Below are positions 1 through 16,287 of a stretch of 64,000 bases of DNA, one piece after another. The notes under the pieces were generated by a model. That model was not told the origin of the DNA and did not search any database. It saw only the letters and a list, made by a program, of their open reading frames with translations. Origin of the DNA: the human T2T-CHM13v2.0 reference genome, Homo sapiens. Made by a program: the position numbers and the translations under genes. Positions within the stretch are counted from its first letter, which is position 1. Each line of letters begins with the position of its first letter. The stretch lies in NCBI RefSeq assembly GCF_009914755.1, contig NC_060938.1; one strand, 5' to 3'.

Positions 1-439
1 TGGGACCAACATGGAGCCAGGGGAAACTCTCCCCACCAGGGAAACAATGAGTGAGTGAGCAACTCTGAGAACCCATGCTTCTTCCATGGATCTTTGCAAC
101 CCTCAGGTCAGAAGATCTTCTCATGAATGCGCTCCACCAGGACCTTCAGTCTGACATGCAGAGCTATGTGGTGGAGTCTTGGCAGAGCAGCTGCTCAGGC
201 ACACACAGAGCCTGAGGAGCCTTAGATATCCAGGCTTCCCAGCAAAAGCAGCTGCAGTTCCGGCAAAGTGGGAAGTTAAGACTCCTGTACATATCCCTAG
301 GAAAGAGGCTGAATCCAGGGGGCTGAGCAGCGGTGGTGTGCAGGTCCTACTTCCATGGCATCTCATAGGGTAAGACCCGCTGGCTTGGAACTCTAGCCAG
401 CCACCAGTAGCAGTGTTACACCTCCCTGATGTGTAACAC

Positions 440-2300
440 TCAGAGGGAGGGGCAGGCTGCCATCTTTGCTTTGCTTTTTCACAGCCTCAGGCACTGTTGC
501 CTTAGGGATATAGGGAGTCTGAGGCAACTAAGGACTGGAGGGGTCTCCCACCACAGCCCAGCGGCTGTACGGAGGAGCAGTCAGACTGCTTATTTGCGCA
601 CATCCCAAATCCTATTTCTCTTCACTGAGCGTTATCTCCAGATGGGGGTCTCCAGTCACCCCCACTGGTGTTTTCTGGCTGACAGCAGCTTCAGACCTCC
701 CTGGGATGGAGCTCTCAGAAAAAGGGGTGGACTGCTATCTTTGCTCTTTCACAGCCTTAGCAGTTCTTGCCTTTGGGCTTTGGAGAGTCTGAGGCAACTA
801 GAGGCTGGAGCGGACCCCCAGCACAGCACAGTTGCTCTACAGAAATGGCCAGACTGCTTTTTTTTACACAGGTCCCTGGCCCCATTCCTCTTCACTTGGC
901 AGGATCTCCTTACCAGGCTTTCCAGCCACATATTGCAGGTGTGTTTGGGAAGGCAACAGGTTTGTACCTCCCTGGGATGGAGCTCCCAGAAGGAGGGACA
1001 GGCGCCATCTTTAGTATTTCATAGCCTTCACTATTGATACCTTCAGGAACTGAAAAATCCCAGGTGACTAGGGACTGGAGCAGATCCCAGCATACTGCAG
1101 CAGCCCTATGGAAAAGAGGCCAGATTGTTATGTGGGTGCCCACTTCCATATCTCCTCACTGGGTAGTTCTTCCAGGTCTGGGTCTCCAGCCACTGCCAAC
1201 TGGGGCTATGGAGCCAGTGGCAGCTCTGCAACTCCCTGGACAAGAGCTCCCAGTGGGAGGGGCGGGTTGCCATTTTTGCTGTCTCACAGCCCTTGCCCTT
1301 GCTGTCTTCAGGCTCTGGAGAGTCATGGGGACCAAAGGCTGGTCCAGACCCCCACACAGAGCAACCATCTTACAGAAAAGTGGCCAGACTATTGTCCATG
1401 CAGATCTTGGTCCTCAGTTCTCCTCACGGGGCAGGGTTGCCCAGCTTGAGACTCTGGGACAATCACCCTGCCCCTGCCTGATCACCACAATCAGAGGCAG
1501 CCCAGCAGTTCTCCAAGGAGGAAATCCCAGAGTCCATTCACAACCCCTCCATTACTACAGTTGCAGTGGTACAGTCCTAACAGCCCTCAGACTGGGAAGA
1601 AACAAAGGGCTTAGTCATTATGCTGGCACCTCCAGCACGTCATAGCCACCATACGGAGAAGAGTCCAGTTCCTTTTCCCTGGGAACCCCCAACCCACACT
1701 CTTCATCAGGCAGGTCCCCTGGCTCATGAATGCAGAACAATCACCGCACCCATGGCTGAGCGTACCCACTGGTAGTGGCCTGGAGTTTCCCTAGGGAGAG
1801 GCTCCAAGAGGCATATGGCTGTCCCTCTGCCACTGCCACAGCAACAGTTCTATCCCTACTTCCCTCAGCCTGGGGAAGAAACAAAGAGCCTGAGGCCTAT
1901 ACCAAGTTTACAGCACACCACAGTCACCATGTGGAGAAGAGACCAATCTCTCCTCCTAGTGAGCCTTCAACTGCCTTTTTCCCCAGTAAGTGGAACCCCA
2001 CGCTCATGCCAGCAGTGCAGCCATGCCACCCCACAGACTGAACACTCCCAGTAATAGCTGCTCTGTGTTTCTTGGGGGTGGAGCCCCCAGGGGCAACTAA
2101 AAGCCTGTCTGCCATTGCCTCTGATGTGGTACTACCCCTACTACTCTCAGACTAACAAAGGAGCAAGAAAATAAATGCCTTATCCACACTTCCAACAAGC
2201 TGCAGTCAACCCAAGGAGACGAGGCCAGTCTGTGTCCCATGGGTCCTGCCCATCCCCCCTGCTCATCACCAAGCAGGGAACCCACAACTTGGGCACAGAG
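440..2300 (+). repeat. Diverged ~270-bp tandem units within the L1 5'UTR
   Basis: Motif gccatctttg...cacagcc...ctggag...ccagact recurs near 450, 725, 995 and 1258; looser units (gggaagaaacaaag...ggagaagag) near 1595 and 1873. Confidence 0.75.
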
Positions 2301-2759
2301 CACACACTCTCTATCCTTGGCTGATTGCACTGTGAAATTGCTGACCTGCATCTCTCTGGGGTGGAGCCCCCAGGAGACAAGCAAAAGGCCCTTGGCCACA
2401 ACCATTACTAAGGTCCCTTTCTCTGTCCTACTTAGGGAGGAAACATAAACCATGAGATCACCTCAAAGCTGTAGTGGGCAGCCTGGGAGTGCTAAACTGC
2501 AATGTACAGCCAACATTCATGTGGGAGAGGAGCCTACACTTTGAGAGCTTTGACAGGGAGCATGGTTGCAACTGTGAGGAAATATAGGGGAGCCACAAGA
2601 ACTTACCAACTGACCACTACACCTAAGTGTCACCTACAGGATAACATTCGAAAGCTTCAACACCAAAAATATCTTACTGACATACACCCCTGCGAAACCA
2701 AAGATGAGAAGTCAGCTACAAATAAAGGCCCTGCACGAAGCCATGGCCTTGTGAAAACA

Positions 2760-3836
2760 TCCAGAAAATAAGTCTATTGAAAGTAAACAATTTACACTGT
2801 AGTTAAAGGAACACCTAAACACAGAGGTGAGAAAGAATGAATGCAAGAATTCCAGTAACTCAAATGACCGGAGTGTCTTATGTCCTTCAAACGACCACAC
2901 TAGATCTCCAACAAGGGTTCTTAACCAGGCTGAATTGGCTGAAATGACAGAAATGGAATTCAGAATATGACTAGGAATGAAGATCATTGAGATTCAGGAG
3001 AATGGCAAAACCCAATTCAAGGAAACTAAGAGTCACAATTAAATAATACAGGATCTGACATATGGAATAGCCGGTATAAAAAAGAACCTAACTGATTTGA
3101 TAGAGCTGAAAAACACATTACAAGAATTTCACAATGCAATTGCAGGGATTAACAGCAAAATAGACCAAGCTGAGGAAAGAAACTCAGAAATTGAAGACTG
3201 GCTCTCTTAAATAAGACAGTCAGACAAAAATAAAGAAAAAAGAATGAAAAGGAATGAATAAACCTCTGAGAAATATAGGATTATGTAAGGAGGCCAAATC
3301 TACAAATCATTGGTATCCTAGAAAGGGAGAGGGAGAAAGCAGACAACTTGGAAAACATGTTTCAGGCTATCATCCATGAAAACTTCCCTAACCTTGCTAA
3401 AGAGGCCAAAAGTCAAATTCAGGAAATACAAAGAACCCCTGGAAGATTCTACATAAGAAGATTATCCCCAAGACACGTAGTCATCAGATTTTCCAAGGTC
3501 GAAATGAAAGAATGTTAAAGGCAGCTAGAGAGGAAGGGAAGGTCACCTATAAAGGGAACCCCATCACTCTAACAGCAAATCTCTCAGCAGAAACCCTACA
3601 TACCAGAAGAGATTGGGGACCTATATTCGACATTCTTAAAGAAAAAAAATCTTTAACCAAGAATTTCATATCCAGCCAAACTAAGTTTGCTAAGTGAAGG
3701 AGAAATAAGATCCTTTTCATATAAGCAAATGTTGAGGGAGTTTGTTACAACCAGACCTGCCTTACAAGAGATCTTGAAAGGAGCACTAAATATAGAAAGG
3801 AAACACTGTTCCCAGCCAATACAAAAATGTGATTAA
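2760..3836 (+). pseudogene. Decayed L1 ORF1p (boundaries approximate)
   Basis: Coiled-coil and RRM-like L1 ORF1 fragments with multiple stops and frameshifts. Confidence 0.8.
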
Positions 3837-3905
3837 GTACACAGACCAGTTACACTATAAAGCAATCACACAAACAAGCCAGCATAATAAACAGCTAACA
3901 ACACA

Positions 3906-5890
3906 ATGTCATGATCAAATCCACACATATCAATACTAACCTTGAATGTAAATAGGCTAAATGCCCCATTTAAAAGGCACAGAGTGGCAAGCTGAAAAAA
4001 AAAAACATGACTCAATTGTATGTTGTCTTTAAGAGACCCATCTCACATGTAATGGCACCCGTAAGCTCAAAATAAAGGGATGGAGTTAAATCTACCAAGC
4101 AAATGGAAATCAGAAAAAAGCAGGTGTTGCAATCCTAATTTCAGACAAAACAAACTTTAAACCAACAAAGATAAAAAAGAAGACAACGAAGTGCATTACA
4201 TAATTGTAAAGGGTTTAATTAAACAAGTAGACCTAACTGTCCTAAATATAGATGCACCCAACACAGGAACTCCCAGATTCATAAAGCAAGTTATTATCTA
4301 CCTACAAAGAGACCTAGACTCCCACACAATGATAGTGAAAGACTTCAGTACTCCACTGACAGTATTAGATGATTGGGGCAGAAAATTAATAAATATATCT
4401 AGGGCCTGAACTTAACATTCGACCAAATGAAACTAATAGACCTCTAGAGAACTTTCCATCCAAAAACAACAGAATGTACATATGAACAGAATGAAGATCA
4501 TCGAGATTCAGGAGAATGGCAAAACCCAATTCAAAGAAACTAAGAATCACAAATAAATATTTTTCCTTGCCACATGGCATATACTCTAAAATTGACCACA
4601 TAATTGGACATAAAACAATCCTCAGCAAATACAAAACAACCAAAATCATACTAAACACACTCTTGGACCACAGCACAATAAAAACAGATGTGAAGACTAA
4701 AAAAATCACTCAGAATCATGCAATTACATGGAAATTAAACAATATGCTCCTCAGTGACTTTTGGGTAAATAATGAAATTAAGGCAGAAGTCGAGGGGTTC
4801 TTTGAAACTAATGAGAATAAAGATACAACATACCAGAATCTCTGGGACACAGCTAAGGGTGTGTTAAAAGGGTAATTCATAGCACTAAATGGCCACATCA
4901 AAAAGAAAGATCTCAAATTAGTAACCTAATATCACAACTGAAAGAATTAGAGAAGCAAGACCAACCAACCCCAAAGCTAGCAGAAGACAAGCAATAACCC
5001 AAATCAGAGCTTAAATGAAGGAAATTGAGACATGAAAAAATCATGCAAAAGATCAATAAATTTGAGTTGTTTTTTGCAAAAATTAATAAGCTAAATAGGT
5101 TGCTAGCTAAACTAATAAAGAAGACAAGAGAGAAGATCCAAATAAACACAATTAGAAATGACAAAGGGGACATTACCACTGACCCCACAGAAATAAAGAT
5201 AACTATCAGAAACTACTACAAACACCTATATACACACAAACTATGAAACCTAGAAGAGAAGGCTAAATTCCTGGGTACATACACCCTCCAAAGACTGAAC
5301 CAGGAAGAAATAGATTCTCCGAACAGACCAATAACAAGCTTCAAAATAGAATCAGTAATAAATAGCCTACTTACAAAAAACAGCCTAGGACCAGACAGAT
5401 TCACAGCTTAATTCTACCAGATTTACAGAGAGGTCCTGGTGCCAGTTTTGCCAAAACTATTCCAAAAAATTGAGAGGAGGGACTCCTCCACAACTCATTC
5501 TGTGAGGCCAGCATTATCCTGATACCAAAACCTGGCAGGGACACAATGGAAAAAGAAAACTTCAACTTAATATCCTTGATGAACAATGCTGGGTATATAC
5601 TCAGAGGAATGTTGATCATTCTACCATAAAGACATATGCATGCTAATGTTCATTGCAGCACTAGTCACAATAACAAAGACATGGAATCAATCTAAATGCC
5701 CATCAATGACAGAATTGGATAAAGAAAATGTGGTACATACTCACTATGGAATACTATGCAGCCACAAAAAAGAACAAGATCATTTCTTTTATGGAACATG
5801 GATGGAGCTGGAGGCCATTATTCTTAGCAAACTAATTCAGAAATAGAAAACCAAATACTGCAGTTCTCACTTATAAGAGGGAGTTAAATG
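3906..5890 (+). pseudogene. Decayed L1 ORF2p: endonuclease and linker present, most of RT deleted
   Basis: ORF fragments 4191-4409, 4516-4875, 5025-5246 and 5640-5846 match L1 ORF2; jump at ~5586. Confidence 0.88.
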
Positions 5891-6668
5891 ATGAGAACTC
5901 ATGGACATAAAGAGAGGAACAAGAGACACTGGGGCCTAATTGAGAGTGGAGAGTGGGAAGAGAGAAGACCAGCAAAAATAACTAGGCTTAGTACCTGGAT
6001 GATGAAATAATATGTTCAACAAACCCCCATGACACAAGTTTACCTATATAACAAACGTGTGTATGTACTCCTGAAACTAAAATAAAAGCTAAAAAAAAAA
6101 AAACTTTAAAAAATTAGCTAAAGCATTTATATGATAGTAAGTGGATTAATGAATTGCTATAGGGTGCTTACATTTCTTTTCAGAACCCTCTGAAATCTCA
6201 GTATGTTTTAATATATTTGAATGTTAAATAATCCTTAATTATCAAGACATCATTGACTTATTAATGAATATTTAATGAATTAAATGATTTAAATACTCTT
6301 ATTTGAGTTTCTGAGTTAGAAGGCTTACATTTCATCTTTAGCCACTTGAAGTTTTAAGTAGTGAGCATTGAAACCCAACCTTTAACAAATAAAAGATGAT
6401 ATAAGTTGACAGCAGAAACAACACAGCAAACTTTTATTTTTTAAGGCACCTGTGATGCATCATACAGTGTTATATTCTAGTATTGGTCATATGTTGCCAC
6501 TTGCTGTGACTTCTCTGTTACACAAGATGTCATAATCCATTGTGCCAATTTGGAAATTAGGAAAATGCACTTACTAAAAATATCTGAAGAAATAATATTA
6601 ACAGACACAACATTTTCAATATTTAGCAAGTTCTGTTGTTAAGTGGAGATGTAATCGATATCTTATAT

Positions 6669-8047
6669 TGTACTAGTTTCCTGTGACTGTTCTAACAAAT
6701 GATCACAAATTTGGTGGCTTAGAACAGCAGAAATTTATTCTGTCAATTCGGGAGCTCAGAAGTCCAAAATCAGTATCATTAAACAAAATCAAGGCATTGA
6801 AAGTATTGGTCTCTATCTGGAGGCTGTAGGAAAAAATCTGTTCCTTGCCTCTTCCATCTTTTGGTGGCTGCTAGCATTCCTTGGCTTGTGGGCACATCAC
6901 TCCAATCTTGAAGGTTAGTATCTTTATTTTTTTAATTTTTCACTTTAATTTTTTTGTTAGATGCTAAAGCACAACAATTTAAATTTATTTTTTAAAAATT
7001 CAGCTTTTATTTTAGATACAGGGGAACATGTACAAATTATTATATGGACGTATTGTGTGATGCTGAGGTTTGGGTATGGATTCTGTCACCCAGATGGTGA
7101 GCATAGTACCCAATAGGTAGTTTTTCAACCCATGTCCCCCTTCCTTCCTCACCCCTCTAGTAGTCCACAGTGTCTATTTTTGCCATCTTTATGTCCATGA
7201 GTACCCAACATTTAGCTCTTACTTATAAGTGAGAACATTTGGCATTTGGTTTTCTGTTCCTATGTTAATTTACTTAGGATAATGGCCTCCAGCTGCATCC
7301 ATGTTGCTGCAAAGAACGTGATTTCATTCTTTTTTTATGGATGCATAGTATTCTATGGTGTATATATACCACATTTTCTTTATGCAATCCTCTACTGGGG
7401 ACACCTAGGTTGAGTCCATGTCTTTGCTATTGTGAATAGCATGGTGATAAACATGCCATTGCATGTATCCTTTTGTTAGAATGATTTATTTTCCTTTGGG
7501 TATATACTCAGTCATGTGATTGCTGGGTTGCCTGGTGGCTTTGTTTTAAGTTCTTTGAGAGATCCCCAAATTGCTTTTCATATTTGTTGAACTACAATAA
7601 TTTGCATGCCTAACAACAGTGTAGAAGCATTCTTTTTTTCCCCACAACTTTGCCATTATCTGTTATGTTTTGACTTTTTAATAACAGCCATTCCGACTGG
7701 TGAGATGGTGTGTCATGATGGTTTTGCTTTGCATTTCTCTGATGATTAGTGATGATGAGCATACAAGTGGCCAAGAAACATATAAGAAAAGGCTTGCATC
7801 TTTAAATCTCTCTCTGCTCTGTCTTTACATTGCCTCTTTTTCTGTTGCTAGTCAAATATTTCTCTTTCTCCCTCTTAAAAGTACACTTGTAATTGCATTT
7901 AGAGTCTACCTGGGTAATCCAGAAAAAGCTTTCCATCTCAAGAACCTTAATCATTTATGCAAAGATCCTTTTTTCTTTATGGATAACATTTATAAGTTCT
8001 AGATATTAGGACCTGATATTTTGGGGGCCACCATCAGCCTATCACAA
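6669..8047 (-). mobile_element. MaLR solo LTR (MLT1C/D-like), split by an L1 insertion into 6669-6926 and 7789-8047
   Basis: tgtactagtttcctg...cacaaatttggtggcttagaacagcagaaatttattct at the left end; ...tgggggccaccatcagcctatcaca at the right end; sequence is collinear across the L1. Confidence 0.75.
6927..7790 (-). mobile_element. 5'-truncated L1PB-like 3' end with a ~30-bp 5' inversion
   Basis: T-rich tail, L1 3'UTR and ORF2 end in antisense; degenerate TSD aaggttagtatcttta (6911-6926) / aaggcttgcatcttta (7789-7804), 13/16 match. Confidence 0.85.
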
Positions 8048-8619
8048 TAACCTAACACAGCTTTCTAAGGAAAGATAAGGGGTAATTTGATTTTTGGCAA
8101 TAACAGCCAACATTTTCATTTGAAATCTTCCTAATGGAACCTTTTAATAATGGAAAGAATGATTTGATGTAACTTACTGAACTAAGCTTAAAGCTGTGCT
8201 TGAAAGTTATGCCCAGTTAGCTATATGCACATTGTAAAATGATGCTTTTCAGACTTTTATCCCTTGGAAAATTAATGGGTTAAAAGGACATTCAAGTGTA
8301 GTAGGCTATTATTCTACTTTCAAATGTTTTAACATGCTGGGATTATGATCTCAGTACAAAAATTAATTCTAGGAAAAGCAACATGCTATCAAGCTATTCA
8401 ATTTCTTTTTTTTTGTTTTTTGTTTTTTTGGTACAAAATAAGCATCAACTTTTATTGTCAGAATTTTAAGTCATAGATATGCATGTCATATGCACCTATA
8501 GGCCTCCCGATGGCGAGATTATTTTTAGAAATTGTCTTTTCTTATTTCTTATTGATTATAGCAATTACAATCCAACTAACAGATGATTAATACTGAGGAA
8601 TGTTAGAGGAGTGACATTT

Positions 8620-9980
<1,361 letters not shown>

Positions 9981-10059
9981 AAACATCCATATTTATATAT
10001 ACACTATAGTGTTATCATATGCATAATTGAGAGACCATATATGTGTGAGTTAATTTTGT

Positions 10060-11180
10060 TTTGTAAAACATTTGTTGAGTGCCTAGTAAGTGCCAGGGGT
10101 TGTGTTTAGTACTGAGAATATGGATGTAAATAATAGAGATTCTTTTTTCTGAAGATAGTCTTGGTTGAGTGGGGAAGATAATAAGTTGAATCATAATGAA
10201 AAATACGGTAATCATATAAAGAACTATATGTGGTGAGGGAAAGGAATGCATTCTTTGTGAGGAGATGAGGAAATCTGTCCTAGAGAAGGCAGCATTTGAG
10301 CTGGGTCTTGAAAAATGAATAGGAATTTGATAAATGCATTCCATGTTAGAGAGAAAAATACATGAAAAGACACAGGATTGTCAAAGGACAGGTGTGTTCA
10401 TGAAATAATGAGAGGTTCACAGTTGAAGGAGCAGTGTGCAAGAAGGTAAGAGGGAGAAGGAAAAGGGAGGAAACTAGAACATTGTAAACCATGAGGACTG
10501 CATGTGTAAAATTAAGTAATTATAAAAAACATGGCTTATTTGTCAAATGGTGAGAAATTCAGTATGGCTAGAAGATAGATTGTGTTTGCATGGGAAAGAA
10601 GTGAGAGAGGAGGACCAGGAGAGGAATGAGGAGTGAATGGAGATGAGTGTGAGAGTTGGGTTGGATTTTATCCTAGAGAAAACTCGTGAGAAGGAGAGTT
10701 CTCAGACAGGAAGCAGCATAATCAGATTTGGTTTTTAGGAAGATGACTTTTTAATAACTTGGAGGATAGATTAGTAGGGGGCAGATTGGAAGATGGAAAT
10801 ATGTTAAGAGATATGAGGTTTGGCCAAGGTGTGGCAGTGGTGATGGTGCCAGATGTGGAGCTAGTCTGTTATATAGGAATGAGGTCTTGGTCACTATGAA
10901 AGGTGAGGAATCAACAGGTGTGACAGATGACTCCAGAGTTTATAGTTTAAGAGACTGAATAAATGGCCTGCCATCAACTGATAAAAGAAATATTAGAAGG
11001 AGGAGGTTTGGTGATAACAAATAATTAAGATATGAACTTTTTAAGTTTCAGATGCTAGTGGAATAAGTAGTTGGAGATATTCAGGAAGAGTTGAGAATAT
11101 GTGTGCGGAATGCAACAAGGAGATCAGGTCCATAAATATATATTGGAGAATCGCCAGCATGTAAAAGTTAGTTAAAGCTT
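10060..11180 (-). mobile_element. L2 relic
   Basis: aaacatttgttgagtgcctagtaagtgccagg (antisense L2 3' end) followed by a purine-rich L2 body. Confidence 0.7.
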
Positions 11181-11248
11181 TTAACATTTTTAGTTGTGAA
11201 ACATTCTAAATATAAGTTTGAATATTGTGTAGTTTAGATCATGACTAT

Positions 11249-11842
11249 TGTAGTAGACAGAATAATTCTAAGCCCCAAGATTCCCTCCTTATGGTGTGCA
11301 TGCCCTGTCTTATCCTCTGGACTTGAGGGTAGATGGATCTGTGAATATGATGGGTTATCACTCCAATGATTAGGTTACTAATCAGCAGACTTTTAGTTAA
11401 TTCAAAAGAGATTATCCCAGGCATGGCCTGATTTATTCAGGTAAACCCTTAAAAGTGACTGAGCCTTTCCAGAAAAAGATTCTCCTACCAGCCTTGAAAA
11501 AGGAAGCTGCCATGTTTTCAAAGAGGGCCATGTGGCTAGGACCTGAGGATGGCCTTTAGGAGTGAAGAGTGATCTCTGGCTGACAGCTAGCAAGATAACA
11601 GGAACTTCACTCATAAAACTGCAAGGTAGCGAATTCTCCCAACAACCAGAGAGTTTGGAAAAGGATCACAAGGATGAGAAGGCATCCCTGGATGACAGCT
11701 TGATTTTATCCTGGTGAGATCCTGAGCAGACGATCCAGACAACACGTAGCTGGACACCTGATTTACAGAAACTGTTGGATAATAAGTTTGTGTTGTTTGA
11801 AGTTTGTAGTAATTTGTAATGCAGCAATGGAAAACAAATACA
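11249..11842 (+). mobile_element. MaLR solo LTR (MLT1E/F-like)
   Basis: TG...CA termini (tgtagtagacagaataattc ... gcagcaatggaaaacaaataca); 5-bp TSD actat/acttt. Confidence 0.85.
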
Positions 11843-12728
11843 ACTTTAAATTCCTAACTATAAAAAATTACTTTATCTCTACCTTATTTCCCTTCTCATT
11901 ATTTAACTGTTATATTAATTTTAGTTCTTCAAATGTTTAATTTTATTTGTTTAACCTTTTCTGCTTCTATTTATTGTACTTTCAAACTTACGTCAGTGTT
12001 GTGATTCCTGTTAATGTGACAGGATATTAGCAATTCTACTCTTCCTTCTTCCCAGTTGCTACCTTTCACCTGGAGTGAGACTGCTGGTGAGAGAAACCTG
12101 GCTCATATTTAGGGCATCTGGGGACATGCAGTTGTACAATTGATGAAACGATTGTGTAATAAAAATGCAATGCACCTGCTCAGAGTGAATTCTTATTAGG
12201 TAAAAGTCCATAAGCAATATGAGGTAATTGAAACAGGATGCATGCTTTATTTGCTAGTTGATAAAACTCAGCGGAGCCTTTCAGCGATGATCTACTCTGC
12301 CTTGAAACCATCACCTGAGATGATCAGGGAAGACAAGTAAAACCTGCCAGGAAAAGGCTAAAATAGGCTAAGGAAATTAAGTATAGAAACTCTGCTTAGG
12401 CAGCTCAGAGATAATTTATCTGATGTCAAGAGACTTAGTGAAGTTTAATTTAATGTTGGGAAGATAAGAAGCAACAGCTCCATTAATTGGCAACTACCAG
12501 CATCATCAGATTTCCTGATCCTCTTCAATCTGCTTGTATCATTTGCTGTTAAAGAAGCCACATTTTACAGGGATCTTTGGAAGCATGCTAATAATGTCCT
12601 GCAATACCACCTTCCATGTATTCCAAGTTACTACCATTAAATTTAGTCTTTTCTATGACCAAAATTGTGTGTTTTGGGTTTCGTTTTAGTTTGACTCTAA
12701 AGGTAGAAAAACCATAAACAGCATTTCT

Positions 12729-13049
12729 TTTCTTTTTTTTTTTTTTTTTGTGACAGATGTCACAAAAGGCTGGAGTGCAGTGTCACCCAGGCTGGAGTGC
12801 AGTGGCATGATCTCAGCTCACTGCAACCTCAGTCTGCCAGATTCAAGAGATTCTCATGCCTCCAGCCTCCTGAGTAGTTGGGATTAGAGGTGTGTGCCAC
12901 TATGCCTGGCTAATTTTTGTATTTTTTAAAAATAGAGATGGGGTTTCACCATGTTGGCCAGGTTCATCTTGACTCCTGACCTCAAGTGATCTGCCCACCT
13001 TGGCCTCCCAAAGTGTTGGGATTACAGGTGTGAGCCGTCACACCCGGCC
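12729..13049 (-). mobile_element. AluS (Sx/Sz-like)
   Basis: Full dimer with ctcaagtgatctgccc; perfect TSD cataaacagcatttct at 12713-12728 and 13050-13065. Confidence 0.95.
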
Positions 13050-13079
13050 CATAAACAGCATTTCTAATGTTATGACTGT

Positions 13080-13510
13080 ATCATTGTTTTTGAGTTGCAA
13101 GTAGAATAAACCAATTTTAGATAAGCAAAAGGAATTATTTTTTGGTGGGGGATGGAGGATGGGTCTCAGAGTCCCTGGAATGGATGGAAAGTTTAGAGAA
13201 CCAGGCTCAGAAACAGGGTGCTATCACTGTAGTAAATTTATGGTCGATTTAAGTCATAGGGTGGGGAGCTCGATAGGTTCCACCTACAGCCATAGGAGGA
13301 ACGAGAGGATAGGTAGAGGAAGACTCTATCTCTCAGAAAGACTCTTTAGGATTTGATAGATTCCTTTCAAGGGTTGGGGGCCGGATATCTTGAGTACAGT
13401 TCCACCAGGAATGTACCCTGTGAAAGGGAAAGACTTACTTAAAGAAAACGGATGAATTGTTAGGAAGCATGCTTGGATGTCAGGCAGTGAAACAAAATGT
13501 ATGCTGAGGA
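13080..13510 (-). mobile_element. Old MaLR LTR relic (MLT1J/K/L-like)
   Basis: gttgcaagtagaataaacc...taagcaaaaggaattatt...ccaggctcagaaacagg motifs typical of old MLT1. Confidence 0.5.
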
Positions 13511-13789
13511 TCACATGCTGTCTAACATTAACAAGCCTGAGCAGAATCTAGGTCTTTTCAGGGCCGTAAAATGTTGAAAAGGGATAGGGGAGGAAGGAGG
13601 GACGTCATCAAACACTGAAGCTATACTGAAAAAGTTATGTCACCATTCACGAAGCAAGATCAGAAAAGCACCTCAAAGGATACATCTAGGAGTTTAGACT
13701 TTTCTGCTTTAAAATGGTTACATTCAAAATAGTGAAGAGAGATGGGAGAATATTTCAAAGTATTTCTGCTTGGCTACAAAGTGTTTTCT

Positions 13790-16287
<2,498 letters not shown>

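Larger units (their letters stand above)
1..6110 (+). mobile_element. Near full-length old primate LINE-1 (L1PA13-16/L1PB age): long repeat-containing 5'UTR, decayed ORF1 and ORF2, ~1.9 kb internal ORF2 deletion, 3'UTR and polyA
   Basis: ORF1-like peptide LKAAREEGKVTYKGNPITLTANLSAETL at 3512; ORF2 endonuclease start region near 3906 (...tcaaatccacacatatcaatactaaccttgaatgtaaat); ORF2 C-terminal MFIAALVTITKTWNQ at 5640; aataaaagct plus A-tail at 6081-6110. The 5' end may lie just outside the window. Confidence 0.93.

Noticed and set aside
121-2453. Dense cluster of 60-200 aa ORFs suggesting a gene
   Set aside because: They lie in the GC-richer, repeated L1 5'UTR, overlap on both strands and show no recognisable domain.
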